Shown here: positions 1 to 13,302 of the stretch, in pieces
How positions within the stretch are numbered: the stretch's first letter is position 1
How the letters are laid out: each line of letters opens with the position of its first letter
DNA from: Octopus sinensis
Taxonomy: Eukaryota
Length of the DNA stretch: 64,000 nucleotides
Direction: 5' to 3'
Assembly: GCF_006345805.1 (NCBI RefSeq)
Contig: NC_042998.1
Coordinates: forward strand, 186,124,001-186,188,000
The notes under the pieces: model-generated
What the model was told of the DNA's origin: nothing
Seen by the model: the letters and a program-made list of their open reading frames with translations, nothing else
The model's database searches: none
Made by a program: the position numbers and the translations under genes

Positions 1-960
1 TAATTGCTTCAATGAGATAGCCTGATATTCCTTGCTGTTCATTCTCAGTTCTGTGGTTGTTTCATACAAATTATTTCATTTATTTAATTTGCATTTTACT
101 ATCATTCATGACATTAATTTTCACTTTCTTTTTCCCCCTATTCAAAACATGAATCCAACACAGTATTACATGTCGACTGGTGAAATTTAAGCAATTCTGC
201 AGTTATGAAATTAAATTGCAATTTATTGGATGCTATGTACTAATTTTGTATGTGTATACATACACACCTGGGCAAGTGTCTCTGCTATAGACCCTGGCTG
301 ACCAAAGCCTTGTGAGTGAATTTGGTTGATAAAAACTGAAAGAAGTCGATTGTGTGTGTGTGTGTGTAAAGGAGAACACAAGTGGGGTTCAAAATTCACA
401 ACAGCTGTTTCGGCAGAATTTTATTGATGCATTCTTAGATTACATCAGGGCAAAAAAAAACATTCTCAGGTAAATTTTAAATATACAAATAGGTAAGACA
501 GGAGTAGGCGATCAGTTTGCCAACAACCATGGTAAAACAAGTGAAATTTTGAGAATGTACTGTAGAATTTATCAGGAAATTGAGTCAGATAGATAGAGGG
601 CAACTAGTTCAAAACTTTTTATTTTTAAGTTGCTATCTTAATTAGTTTATAGCTAGTGGTCAAGGATCATTCATGGTCATATAAAATAAAGATAAATTTA
701 AAAAATGTCTATTCAAGAAATAATACAGATAAGACACCATACCAGAAGGTTAAGGAGGCATGGATTGTCGCCAATCCTCCTGTCCTAGAACACACTCTTA
801 TTCTTATGCATATCACATGCTTAGATATTTTCACTAAGTCATATATCCAAACACATACACACACATACATTAGTATGTATATTCACACACATATTTATAT
901 TTACACACTAACATGCACATACATTTATATGCACCCACATAAACATACACACACACACAC

Positions 961-1308
961 ATCATCATCATCATCGTTTAACGTCTGTTTTCTGTGCTAG
1001 CATGGGTTGTACGGTTTGACCAGGGTCTGGGAAGCTAGGAGGCTGCACCAGGCTCCAGTCTGATCTGGCAATGTTTCTACAGCTGGATGCCCTTCCTAAC
1101 ACCAACCACTTCGTGAGTGTAGTAGGTGCTTTTTATGTGCCAGGGGAGGCTGGCAGCGGCCACGATCGGTTGGTGCTTTTTACGTGCCACTGGCACAGAA
1201 GCCAGTCAAGGCGGTGCTGGCATCGGCCACGTTTGGATGGTGCTTTTTACGTGCCACTGGCACAGGTATCACAACTACAATTTCTATTTGATATTTATTT
1301 TGATATTT
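961..1308 (-). mobile_element. RTE LINE 3' end (5'-truncated), (TGA)n tail
   Basis: catcatcatcgtttaacgtc..catgctagcatgggttg..ggatgcccttcctaac; same sequence as the 3' UTR of the RT-bearing copy at 23212-24925. Confidence 0.85.
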
Positions 1309-1345
1309 AAAACAAATAATAGAAATGGAAAATGTAATGCATAGG

Positions 1346-1726
1346 AAACTTTATTGCTCACAATGATCATATCAACACATCCTTCATTGATCCCACATGG
1401 GTGGAAAACTATACAACAAGTTGTGGTGCATCCCTTGGTGCAGAAGCAACTTGTTAGGTGATGTAATAAAAGATATCTTGTTAAATTAACTCTTTCAATC
1501 AGATTTAATACATCATGTTGTTAGTGACTGTAGGTTTAAGCCATTGGGCAGGAATGGCAAGGGACAGATTCTGTTGCAAAGTTATTGATCCATAAGGGAA
1601 ATAAATAAGAAAATTAATGAGGTGCTTCTGCACTGCAGGCTGCACCACAACTAGTTGTATAGTTCCCCACCCACAAGGGATTCATGCAGGATGTGTCATA
1701 ACAATCATAAGTAAGCAATAAAGTTT
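1346..1726. repeat. Degenerate MITE-like element with about 87 bp inverted arms
   Basis: 1346-1432 (aaactttattgctcacaatgat..atacaacaagttgtggtgca) is an imperfect reverse complement of 1639-1726. Confidence 0.7.
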
Positions 1727-2009
1727 ATTGTGTATTCCATTTTCTATCTCTATCATTTGTTTTATGCTCAATGTACACAGAGGAATTCCTGAGGAGATCC
1801 TGCAACAATTGTGTAATTACCATGGATGACACCAGGTAGCCATTGGTAGTGAATATGTTTTATCAGCATACTACTAGGAACATATCCAACACTTAAATAT
1901 ATATATATATATATATATATATCTAATATAGGATAACATTTTTTGAAAAAAATTTTATCAATGGCCAGCATATTAAAAAAAACCTTTAAGGGTTAAATTT
2001 ATAAATAAC

Positions 2010-2189
2010 TTATAAAACAAGGGCAAAAGAAAAAAATTCTAATGCCAAATATGCCGAAAATAGACAAATTGTCATTAACCATTATGATTTATCACTATTA
2101 ATAGTGATAAATTATAATGGTTATTGACAATTTGCCTATTTTCGAGATATTTGGCATTAGAATTTTTTTCTTTTGCCCTTGTTTTATAA
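2010..2189. repeat. 180 bp spacerless palindrome (foldback element)
   Basis: 90 bp arms with centre atcactatt|aatagtgat (2099/2100); about 5 mismatches counted by eye. Confidence 0.9.
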
Positions 2190-3363
2190 TGTATATATAT
2201 ATATATACACATTATTTAATAGACAGAATATTTTTATGAGCTACTATTAGTTTCATGCAATGAAAAACATCTCAGGCTCTGAGGATTGTGTACCTTAACC
2301 ATAATCCTTTGAATGTTGTCTGGGCTGTTTCTCACTTTAGAAAATTCACTTCAAGGAATTCCGTCTGACCCATGCATGTGTGGAAAAGTGGATGTTAAAA
2401 CGATGATAATGATATATTATGCATTGCAGTAAATGTATCTTTGAAACTCCTTTTAACATAGCATTTTATTTAATTTCGTTAATGATTTGATTCTATCAGC
2501 TTCACAAACTTAGAAAACCAATAAAAAGATAATCCCTTTCAGATTGTGCTTTGTGCCAAATACTTTCCTGTTTGTGACTGGACAATACTACATAGTTCTA
2601 TTTTTGATTACCTTATAAGTATGCTGACTACATTTCAGAGCATGAAAATTGTTTTTATTTTATTTTGCAGTTGTTTTCAAAATAATGAGATTACAAAACT
2701 ATGTCATTAGCATTCATCATAGCATATTGATCACATTATTACCATCACATTTGTTCCCTGACTCCACATTAAATCAATCTTAAGTCAATTACATTCTGAA
2801 CATTAGCACATTCTCATTATATTCATATTCTCTTTACCAAACTCCATCAGTTAGAATTTCTCTACAGTCATACCCATTAATAAGATCCTCTTCATGGCCA
2901 CTAAATCTGCTTAGAATAGAAGCCAAATTTCCCGTTATTTAAAAGAAAAAAGGAAGGACTCATTAGATAATGTAGCCCTAGATGCCAAATTGCCTGAAAG
3001 GAAAATGGGATTGTTATGCCTAGAATACCTTTGATAATAAGGTTGACCTGAGTTTCAATAACGACATAACAGTCTCTCTACTATTGCTCTGTTAGGAGAA
3101 ACAGAACTCAAAATGCAAATAAGACGATATATATTTTATTATTTATTACCTGAGCTCAGAGTTTCATGCTTGACACTTATAAAATGTTTGATAAGTATCC
3201 TTGAGTCATTGATGTAAGTTTACTGCAAGAAAAGAAATATTGCTGCTGTAACAAAATTTTACAATTACTGCAAACATACTTAATTTGTTTCCACATTAAC
3301 AAAGTGTACATTTGCTTACCACCCCAGTAAATCAAACTGTACAATAATTTTCTGATCACAATA

Positions 3364-3364
<1 letters not shown>

Positions 3365-3456
<92 letters not shown>

Positions 3457-3479
3457 GTCTGTCTGTCTATCTATCTATC

Positions 3480-3523
<44 letters not shown>
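3365..3523. repeat. Compound microsatellite (GTCT)n-(CTAT)n-(CT)n
   Basis: Directly visible. Confidence 0.95.
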
Positions 3524-3525
<2 letters not shown>

Positions 3526-3691
3526 ATATTTTAACATGTATAAGAAGCCCTTGTGTATAAGGAAGCCCTAATTTAGGGGGTTTCAAATTTGGGAAAAAGG
3601 TTTTGTAAGGGATTATAATACTATCCATGTATAAGAAAATCCCATATTTTTTAACTCAATTTTTGACATATATATAGAGAGAAAGGACCTT

Positions 3692-4077
3692 CTGATGGGC
3701 CTCACAGAGGGGATGACAAGCAATTGGGACTTCTGGTGGTCTTCTGTGTTTGATAAGACATGTCAAGCTAAACAAAATCCTGGTTGTCTTTGCATACAGA
3801 CATATCCCTCAACATCTCTCTTCAGCTGAGTGATCTTAATCTTGTGGGCTCAGGGATGCTGGTGCCCCCTAAAAAGTGCCTATGCTGGTACCATATGTAG
3901 ACACTCATGCTAGTGCTATGTGAAAGCATCCAGTACACTCCCTAGAATGGTTGTTGTTAGGAAGGGCACCCAGCCATAGAAACCATGCCAAATCACTTGA
4001 ATCCCAGCCAGCCAGCTCCTGTCAAACTGTCCAACACACATGCCAGCATGGAAAACAGACATTAAATGAGGATGATG
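3692..4077 (+). mobile_element. Older, diverged RTE LINE 3' fragment
   Basis: gggcctcacagaggggatgac matches the ORF end of the 23.2-24.9 kb copy (LGLTEAMT); ends gccagcatggaaaacagacattaaatgaggatgatg. Confidence 0.7.
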
Positions 4078-4574
4078 GAGTGTGTGTGTGTGTGTGTGTG
4101 TTGTGTGTGTGTGTGTGTGTGTGTGAGTGTGTGTGTGTGTGTGTGTGTGAGAGTGTGTGTGTGTGTGTACATGCATGCATATATGCTTGTGTGTATGTCT
4201 GTATCATTACAGTAGATTTCATTTCTGTTAAATTCATTTAACATTTAGTTACTATTTTCTTTTTTTTAAAAAAAGGAATATTATTTCATTGAAAAAAATT
4301 GTCATTTTTCTTCTATAAAAGAAGTTGTTTAGTGGCTTCTAAATATATCTAATATAAATTTCTGCCAAGTCTTCAGATTTACTCATTTCTCAAGGGCATT
4401 GGTAACGTAAAAGTAAAGTGACTGCCTAAAAATGAGAACCATAACCAGACAACTGGGAGCAATAGTCTATGGCGTTTACTAAATATTTCATATTGACATA
4501 GTTTTTCTAAGAAGGATCAGGTTCATAAACTGGCTGATATCACAAAAGGTAATACACACACACACACATATACA

Positions 4575-4791
4575 CAAGGGTTTGGTGAAAAGTTCCTGGC
4601 TTTGGGTAAAAGAAAATACAGAAGGATCAGTTAATTATGATTTTATTTAACATATTCCGTTCTCAGATTCACACACTTATTGCAGTGGTCCTTCAGTTTT
4701 TTTAAGCCCTGTAAAAGAACTTGGAAGGTTGGGCCTCCAACCAGGCCTTTTGTAATACCCTTAAAACCAGGAACTTTTCAGCACCTCCTTG
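4575..4791. mobile_element. Mariner-derived MITE
   Basis: TIRs caagggtttggtgaaaagttcctgg / ccaggaacttttcagcacctccttg, followed by TA; second copy in opposite orientation at 39945-40165. Confidence 0.8.
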
Positions 4792-4795
4792 TATA

Positions 4796-5284
4796 TCTAT
4801 ATATATAAAACTCAACTTGTGTGTCTGTGTGTGTGTGTTTAACTTCCCGGCACATCTCCTCCTCCTACAAATCGTAGAACCACCAAAAATGGGTCACTTA
4901 AAGTTTAGGCGAATGAAAATTGAACTGCGCCATTTCTGTTCCGAAATTCATCTCGCAAGTGCAAAAATTGATTATGTATTTGTTTAGGCCTTATCCCATG
5001 CATTGAATAGTGAACTTTACTCAGTCAGCTGTTTGACGTGAATTGTGTTCACCACGCGTGCAAGCATGTGTAAATTGCATGAAAAATAAAAAATCAAGAT
5101 ATAAAAACAAATCGCCGTAAACATTGTAGAAATTCGGCAAAGAAATGAATTTTCGGGATGTAGCCTGGAGGGTTTTTTCATATTAATCGTTTGGACTTTG
5201 TAAACACATACCAATTGTTTTCATAACGTTTTTAACGCTTTGAATTAAATGGGACCATTTTGCAAAGCCGGGTAATACTGCTAG
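4796..5284 (+). mobile_element. Non-autonomous Helitron-type element
   Basis: A|TCTATATATATAAAACTC start, gccgggtaatactgCTAG|T end, A^T insertion with no TSD; 3' terminus shared with the 35365 element. Confidence 0.8.
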
Positions 5285-5989
5285 TATAATAATAAAAGTA
5301 TTGATACTTATAAATTTTAATACAATCTGTAAGGTTGATATGCATATAATATATTAAAATAATCTTTAGATTGGTGTTCCTTTATGTCGTTGAAATGTTA
5401 TGTAAACATAATACAAATAATAAATGTTTCTAACATAGACACATGATCAGAAATTTGGGACTCATGTGAGTCAGTGACTTATATACATTTATCAAGGCTA
5501 GGAGGATGAGTGAAGGGCAAAATTGACCTCAGCAGTATTTGAACTCAGAATCTAAAGAGCCTGAAGAAATACCAGAAGAAATCTTGTCCAATACTCTACC
5601 AATTCTGTCAACTAATAATGATAACAATAATACTATTATTAACATATAATAATATATCATTACTAAATTATTATTTTTACTTTTAGTACAAGTCCTTATA
5701 ACAGAAGAATACAATTAGCAGAATGAACCTTAGAGAGTGTGTCTGTAGGAGAGAGAGAGAGTGTGTGCGTGTGCATATTTATTATATATTTATGTGCATA
5801 TATATATTATATAGTTGCCTTGAATTTGATGCTGAACATAATCATTTTCTCATACAGAAACATGCCTATAACAAGTTTGATAGGTTTTTTGCCATGGGCC
5901 CTCAGGTGGCTATTTAGTGCTAACTGTATTTTAAATTTTTGGTAGAAATGAAGCATAATTTTGTCAAGAATCACATCAAAAGCTACACC

Positions 5990-6586
5990 ACCTCTGTGCA
6001 CTTGGCTGATGTGGATTTTCAGTCGATCCACTACTCTAGGGAACAATTCTGTAGGTTTTTACTCCACTCTAAATGCTTTGTAGAAGTTTTCTGACTGCAG
6101 TCCTCCCATGAAATCCAGCTTTGTGCAGCTCCTGGCAAACAGTTTTTGTGGAAACTGGGTTCTCGAGGCGGTCATTAAGCTCTGCAGTAATTTTGGGGGC
6201 TGTACTTTGTGATCCTTTCTAACAATTCATGTAAGAGTCCGACAGACCCTATCCGAAAGTTTTGGTTTTCTTCCAGAGTTTTGTTTCAACAAAGGCTGTC
6301 ATTACTTCGAGACAGTACTTCTTGATACACCAAACATTTCAGTTCTTTTCATTACGCTAAGTCCTGTCCTACAAGCACCAACAATTTGACCTCTTTGAAA
6401 GTCTGATAGATCTGTCATTTTAATGAATTTTAATTAAACTTTTTCTGATGATATCCATAAAGAATCCGTAAAACATTAAGCAACACTAATAGTAAATCAA
6501 AAACACAACTTTTAATGATTTTATAGATATTTCAAAATTATGATGCTATGATGCTAGGTGTTTCCATTATTTTATCCAAGCCCCAT
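5990..6586 (-). mobile_element. Tc1-like transposon 5' fragment (degenerate transposase)
   Basis: ATG at 6418 gives MTDLSDFQRGQIVGACRTGLSV..FGVSRSTVS/..APKITAELNDRLENPVSTKTV..LHKAGFHGR (Tc1 paired HTH, frameshifted). TIR-like ggggcttggataaaataatggaaacacc near 6556-6585. Confidence 0.85.
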
Positions 6587-7829
6587 ATATAATTTGTGTT
6601 ACACTTAGAATCACTGCACATTATCAGAATTTCCAACTCGAGTATAACAGAATGAACCACTCCAAATCTTTGTTATAGTACCTGTGTGAACTGATTTTAG
6701 GAATGGCTGGCTTGTATAAATGTGTGTGTTTGTGTGTTCGTGAATATGCATTCACATGCACATATGCACACAGATATTCTTAAACTGTGGATTGATGAAT
6801 GGATCAATATAAGTATGCCTTCTCTTTCCTTACATTATTTTCTTTGATTCTTTGCTGTTATTTATCTAAAATTAGTATGTTCTGTAAGAAAATTCTAGAG
6901 AGTGAGAGGGTGCAGGAGACAGAATTTATTTGAAATAATTAGAGATACTACATTGAAACATTATATCTCAGAAACTTATCTTTGCCAGTAAGCAACAATC
7001 ATTTTATCTGGGTGTAACTTTGTTTTGATCAGAACTTTTATCTTCTTTTTACAATGTGCTTGAAATAATTGCTATCGATACTTGTATTTCACTGGGTTCA
7101 TTAAAATGAACAGCAGTGAAATTCTCCAGTTGGTTGAATCTGTTGTATTGCAACCTTACAAAAAACGACCTTGTGTCTTAAGTATTAAATCATTACTTTA
7201 TATTGAATATCTCAAAGTTATACACTTGGTACTGAACTTTTGAACTTCACTCAGTTATCCTATCCTGTACTTTAGAAGATTATCTGCATTGTAGCTTCTC
7301 TCTAATGTAATTAATGTAGGTTTCAAATTTTGGTACAAGGCTAGCAATTTCAGGGGAAGGATTAAGTCGATTACATCGACCCCAGTGATCAACTAGGACT
7401 TATTTTATTGACCCCAAAAGGATGAAAGACCAAGTCAACCTCAGCAGAATTTGAACTCAGAAAGTAAAGACAGATGAAATGCCACTAAGAATTTTACCCA
7501 GTATGCTAACAATTCTGCCAGCTCACCACCCACTAAAGTAACTAATATTAACAAGTTAATTGTCATGGCCTGTTGGTGGAACTTAACGGTGATGTCACGT
7601 ATTTCCGCTAACATTGCATGCTGTTTAATCACAGCGAAATGTAAATTTTTTTTGCATTTTGGCAATATTTCATAATTAAACTTTAATATTTAATACTCAT
7701 GTTATTTAAATATCCTCAAAACCATATCAAAGATACAGAAGAAAATATTTTCTCGGATTATGAAAATGTACCACTGGTGGTGCTATGTGAAATTTTTAAT
7801 GAACCACTGGTGGTACATGTGGTGGTTAA

Positions 7830-8045
7830 CATCATCATCATCATTATTGTTTATTGTCCGCTTTCCATGCTAGCATGGGTTGGATGATTTGACTGAGGGC
7901 TGGCGAATCAGATGGCTGCACTAGGCTCCAATCTTGATTTGGCAGAGTTTCTACAGCTGGATGCCCTTCCTAACGCCAACCACTTCGAGAGTGTAGTGGG
8001 TGCTTTTACATGCCCAGTCAGGCGGTACTGGCAATGGTCATGGAA
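7830..8045 (-). mobile_element. RTE LINE 3' end
   Basis: Same 3' UTR motifs, about 430 bp upstream of ITPR exon A. Confidence 0.8.
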
Positions 8046-8474
8046 AATCGTGTTTTTTTTTTTTTTTAACATGTTAGAAAAAATTTAGTTATGAAGCTGA
8101 ACCATGCTTCTGGTTTTGCAAAGTACATATATTTTACATGCTGTATGATACAACCTTTTGAAATCGCAATCTCTACCTCCCTCTTTCCATCTCTCTCTCA
8201 CATAAACACATGCACAAACTAAAATAAAATCCCTGCCTGCTTAGAAATGTATCCACATTCTATCTCTTTCATAATGAATTTTACTCAATTCACTAATATT
8301 TTGCTGCCACCATCTAAATGTTTTTAATGCACCTTCCTTTCTAATATTCTAATTTTTTTTTATTCACCTTCCAGACTCTTTATTAGATATGAGCCAGTAA
8401 TAAGCATCTAGTTTTATTCACAATCACCCTCAATGAATTTTTTTTAAATATCTATTTTATTTTCCTATTTACAG

Positions 8475-8587
8475 ATTGTCTTTTCAAGATCTGTCCCAAC
8501 AATCGTTATTCTGCTCAAAAACAGTTCTGGAAAGCAGCTCGCCATGGTGTAAATGCCACGGATGCTGTATTGCTGAAAAAACTTCAT
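8475..8587 (+). CDS. ITPR: IP3 receptor exon A (113 nt, phase 1 start): (D)[37 protein letters not shown]
   Basis: Manual translation matches the IP3R suppressor domain (human ITPR1 [23 protein letters not shown]...DAVLLNKLH). Acceptor tttcctatttacag|AT, donor CAT|gtaagt. Confidence 0.97.
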
Positions 8588-8742
8588 GTAAGTATTAACA
8601 TATAATCTGGTCTGTTTCAGTGAATTTAACATACAACCTATGCTAACATGAGAGGACAAGTGAGAAAAATATATATGTTAATGTTGTCAATGATAATTTA
8701 CTTAGCTATAAAGTATACAGAGATAATGGTCTGGAATCTCAA

Positions 8743-9045
8743 GGAGGCACAATGGCCCAGTGGTTAGGGCAGCGAACTTGCGATCAGAGGATTGTGGTTT
8801 CGATTCCCAGACAGGGCGTTGTGTGTGTTTATTGAACGAAAACACCTAAAAGCTCCACGAGGCTCCGGCAGGGGGTGGTGGTGACCCCTGCTGTACTCTT
8901 CCGCCACAACTTGCTCTCACTCTTTCTTCCTGTTTCTTGAGTAATGCTGTGATGGACTGGCGTCCCGTCCAGCTGGGGGGAACACATATGCCACAGAAAC
9001 TGGGAAACTGGCCCATGAGCCTGGCTAGGCTTGAAAAGAGCGACG
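8743..9045 (+). mobile_element. tRNA-headed SINE family D
   Basis: A/B-box-like head ggaggcacaatggcccagtggttagggcagcg..ggtttcgattccc; body gatggactggcgtcccgtccag; other copies at 46868, 50128, 58972. Confidence 0.85.
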
Positions 9046-9557
9046 TTTATCGTTTTTTTTTAAATTTTAATCTCAAGTCTTAAGAACAACAATAAATGTG
9101 ATCTGCTGAACTGGATACAAATCTTACTGGGATATTTACACTCTCTTGCAGTGTAATTGACAAGTATTATCTCAAGTTAGAGGTTAATTTACTTGGTATA
9201 CTTACACAATTATGTGCAGCCTATGTAATTTACTGATGTCGGCCAGTTTTGTATTTACACTATTGGATGCATTCTACCACACATCATGCACAGCTGATAA
9301 AAAACAAGGTTAGAATTATTTCTAAAAGGTTATACAGTATTTTAGATGTTATATCTATGGTAAAGCATACGGACTCTGAGGTTATGGTATTTCACCCTGA
9401 ACATAGTCAATATTGTCATTTTGTCCTTAGTGTGCTTGACTGATGATTAGTTTCAATCCTGCTTTATACTTGTATGATCATTAGTAAGAAAATAATCCTT
9501 CTGTAAAAACAATTTTTTTCTACACATCCAACTCATACCAGCATAAAACATGGACAT

Positions 9558-9885
9558 CATCATCATCATCGTTTAATGTCCGCTTTCCATGCTAGCATGG
9601 GTTGGACGGTTCAACTGGGGTCTGGGAAGCCAGAAGGCTGCACCAGGCCCAGTCTGATCTGGCAGTGTTTCTACAGCTGGATGTCCTTCCTAATGCCAAC
9701 CACTCCGTGAGTGTAGTGGATGCTTTTTACGTGCCACCGGCACAGGTATCAGACGAGGCTGGCAAACGGCGACGATCGGATGGTGCTTTTTATGTGCCAC
9801 CGGCACAGAGACCAGACAAAGCTGGCAACAGCCACGGTCGGATGGTGCTTTTTACGTGCCACCGGCACGGAAACCAGCGATGAGG
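9558..9885 (-). mobile_element. RTE LINE 3' end with three tandem subunits of about 58 bp
   Basis: Repeated ggatggtgctttttacgtgccaccggcac. Confidence 0.85.
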
Positions 9886-10575
9886 ATGACACATAATTGT
9901 CCAAATTTTCAAAACTTATTTCATGGAAAAGTGAATGTAAAACAAATAAAAGTAATGATACAAAATACTAAATACAAACTACTGAAATATATGATGCAAA
10001 ATTATGAAACATGGGTTCTGATAAGAAATTATGCATAAGTCAAATTTTCTGAGTAAAGTATTTTCTTTAATTTATACCCTAAATATGGATGTTCTAGAAG
10101 TACTGTTACTTTTTGACCACACCTACAACTGATATCTATTTTCCACATCAATAACCAGTATCTATTTTTTGTGCCTGTAACTGCTGTCTATTGCTACATC
10201 AATAAATATAATTTGTTCAATATTTTATCTACATGGCTATTTTAATTCTATGATGTAGTTTCTGTTAGAATCAGTTAACACCTCTCATTTGCAAAATCAT
10301 GTTCTAATAAAAAAAAATTTAAAAAAGCAGTGTATATTGTACAAGAAATGTCTTTCTTTTAACACTGCCAGATAGGATATTTCAGATCACAAATTCCAGA
10401 GAACTTTGAGAATAAGGGAAACCTATATGCAGCGTTCCAAACTTGCTAAGAATAATAGCCAATTTTCCTTCAAATCTCACCCTATCGGATAAAGTAGTGT
10501 TAACATATATATGTATATATTTTATATATATATATATATTTTAGACTGTTGCCATGCTGGGGTACCACCTTGACA

Positions 10576-10612
<37 letters not shown>

Positions 10613-10651
10613 TCACATCATCATCATCATCATTTAACGTCCGTTTTCCAC

Positions 10652-11063
10652 CGAGCTGGCAGAATCGTTAGCATGCTGTGCGAAATGCTTAGCGGTATTT
10701 CATCTAGCGTTACATTCTGAGTTCAAACTCCACCGAGGTCAACTTTGCCTTTCATCCTTTCGGGGTTGATCAAATAAGTACCAGTTACACACTGGGGTTG
10801 ATGTAATCGACTGAAACACTTTGTCTGTACTTGTTTGTCCCCTCTATGTTTAGCCCCTTGTGGGTAGTAAAGAAATAGGTATTTCATCTAGCATTACGTT
10901 CTGAATTCAAACTCCGCCGAGATCGACTTTGCCTTTCATCCTTTCGGGGTCGATTAAATAAGTACCAGTTATGCACTGGGGTCGATGTAATCGACTGAAA
11001 ACCTTTGACTGTCCTTGTTTGTCCCCTCTATGTTTAACCCCTTGTGGGCAATAAATAAATAAA
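10652..11063 (+). mobile_element. SINE family A dimer
   Basis: Head gagctggcagaatcgttagca, core gaggtcgactttgcctttcatcctttcggggtcga; second unit restarts at ggtatttcatc. Confidence 0.85.
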
Positions 11064-12844
11064 TATATATATATATTTATTTCATAAAGTAAACAGTATT
11101 GCAGATCCATTACAGCTGATCATACCAATCAGTTTTGCACAGAATATTAGATTACCAGACAATTATTTAATAACTCTGCTTGAAGACAATGGAATTTGAT
11201 TCTAAATACATGTCTTGTGTTTTGCCTAAAGATGTGCATGTGCACACACACACACACAACTTTGGTTATAGGTATGCTCAATCAGGGGCAACATATAATC
11301 AAATGAATGAACAAATGAAATCAGGACTTTCTAACAATATCATTGTCCTTAGAATAACTACAACAGCAGTGGCAACAACTGACCCAATGAGACATTCTCT
11401 ATGTTGTTGCTTGACCTTCTAGAATTGGCAGCTAAATCTCCCCCTCGTATAACATCCTACTGTTTGAAATAAGGCCATGTTGGACAACATAGTTCTGCAT
11501 ATGCAAAAAGTACAGGATTATCATTGCTGAATGCCTTTGATAATAGATTTGCAGAATCAGACCTGGTGTTGGCTAAACAGCAACAATAATAATTTGAAGT
11601 TTAGATTGGCAAATACTTCTACTAATGTTCCATAGTAACCTCATAACTATTAGGGTTTACTGAGAAATGCTAAACATTTTTGAAGGCCTAAAAGGAATGA
11701 AGAGTAATACCAGAAAAAGCAATCAAGATTCTAAAAGCATTGTAATTGTCAGCATGACAATTCTTTAGTGCATTTTGATCATTGCAACTGAGGCCATACA
11801 GGAGCACTCTAGCTCCAAAAAATACATAAATGAAATATGTTATAGAAATAAAATTATATTATTATGAGGAAAGAGAATGGAAAAAAACAAGATTGCAAAT
11901 ATTTTATAAATCGCATTTCAAATGGAATTTGATTCTAAATACATGCTTAGTGTTTTGCCTAAATGTACATCAAAATGCTTGCTCTGGATTTAACTTAAGA
12001 CCTAGAAACTAGTTGTTAAAAACAGCATCTAACTTTGCCATTTCATGTCTGAGCACAAAACAATACTAATATCAGAGAGTTAAACCCAATGAATTATAAA
12101 GCAGTAAGTTGACACTTTAACAGTTTAACCACATGAAGTTTTTTTTAAAAGTTTTTTTTTTATTTAAAATAAAATTTTAATAAATCTAAAATTTGTTCTA
12201 ATGTTTAGGGATTGATTTCAAATTTTAAGAAACTGTGGCTGTCAGATTAAGACTGATCTACAAGGTCATGATCTCAAATCTTACTCAAAATCGGATGGCG
12301 CTTCTCAGTCTGCTTTAACTTAAGCTGAGAATCAGATGCCATTTGTCTTTTCTGCTGTAAGCAAATGTTATTCTAGCAAAATCAATGTATAACAGATTTA
12401 AGCAAAAATACTTGTCTGCTATTACATTTTAGGTATGGAAAAAATTAACATCTGGTCTTATATAAATTGGTATGAAATTTGCCATCAATATTAGTGTTTT
12501 ACTGCAAGAAATAAGCTGTAATGAATTATGGAAACATTGAATATTTGAGAATCTTTGGAACATTGAGACTTTTAATTACTTTCCCCTAATTAAATAGGAA
12601 AGACCAAATATATCTTGGCAATATAGTACTAAGTAGTAATTAATAACCAGCATTTCATATTGGTGAAGTATGGACTTATTCTAAAACACTCCTTTAATAA
12701 GAACAGTAAATGGTATTTCATTTTAGCAAAATGTGCCAACTTTTCAGATTGTTCTGAATGATTTCTTCTTCTTCTTCTTCATCATTATCATCTTCTTCTT
12801 CCCTCCTCCTTCTCCTCCTCCCTCTCCTCCTCCTCCACTTGATG

Positions 12845-13290
12845 CTGCCGGCAGAATCATTAGCATTCCAGGCAAAATGCTTAGGAGCATTTCATCCATT
12901 TTTATGTTCTCAGTTCAAATTCTGCTGAGGCTGGCTTTGCCTTTCATCCCTTCAGGGTTGATAGAATAAGTACCATTTGGACTCTGGATTCAATGTAATT
13001 AACTTAGCCCTTCCCTGAAACTGCTGGTCTTGTGCCCATAATTTGAAACCAATATTATTATTATTATATCAAAGTGGTGAGTTGGCAGGATCATTACCAT
13101 GCTAAACAAGACGCATAGCAACATTTCTTCCCACATAATGTTCAGAGTTAAAATTCCACTGAGGTTGACTTTGGCTTTCATCCTTTCAGGGTGGATGAAA
13201 TACATTCCAGTTTGAGCACTAAGGTTAATGTAATTGACTAGCCCCACCTCTTCCAAAATTCCAGGCCTTATACCTGTAGTAGACAGGATT
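12845..13290 (+). mobile_element. Two tandem, diverged family-A-related SINEs with alternative tails
   Basis: Both carry the gactttgcctttcatcc core; tails gtgcccataatttgaaaccaatatt and caggccttatacctgtagtagacaggattatt. Confidence 0.7.
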
Positions 13291-13302
13291 ATTATTATTA
13301 TT

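Noticed and set aside
700-800. YQKVKEAWIVANPPVL resembling a Penelope endonuclease C-terminus
   Set aside because: Too short and lacks the upstream YIG motif.
1-8474. Searched for the preceding ITPR exon (LVDDRCVV..PPKKFR), and in 57992-64000 for the next exon (VNSVNCNTSWK)
   Set aside because: Not found by eye; they presumably lie outside the window.
8743-8815. tRNA-like sequences at SINE heads (families A, B, D)
   Set aside because: They continue into shared SINE bodies, several copies have TSDs, and I could not fold them into complete cloverleaves; not called as tRNA genes.
9690-9885. Repeat-spacer pattern resembling a CRISPR array (also at 1120-1270, 23380-23530, 62667-62880)
   Set aside because: The spacers are homologous to one another, the array is part of an RTE LINE 3' UTR, the context is eukaryotic and there are no cas genes.
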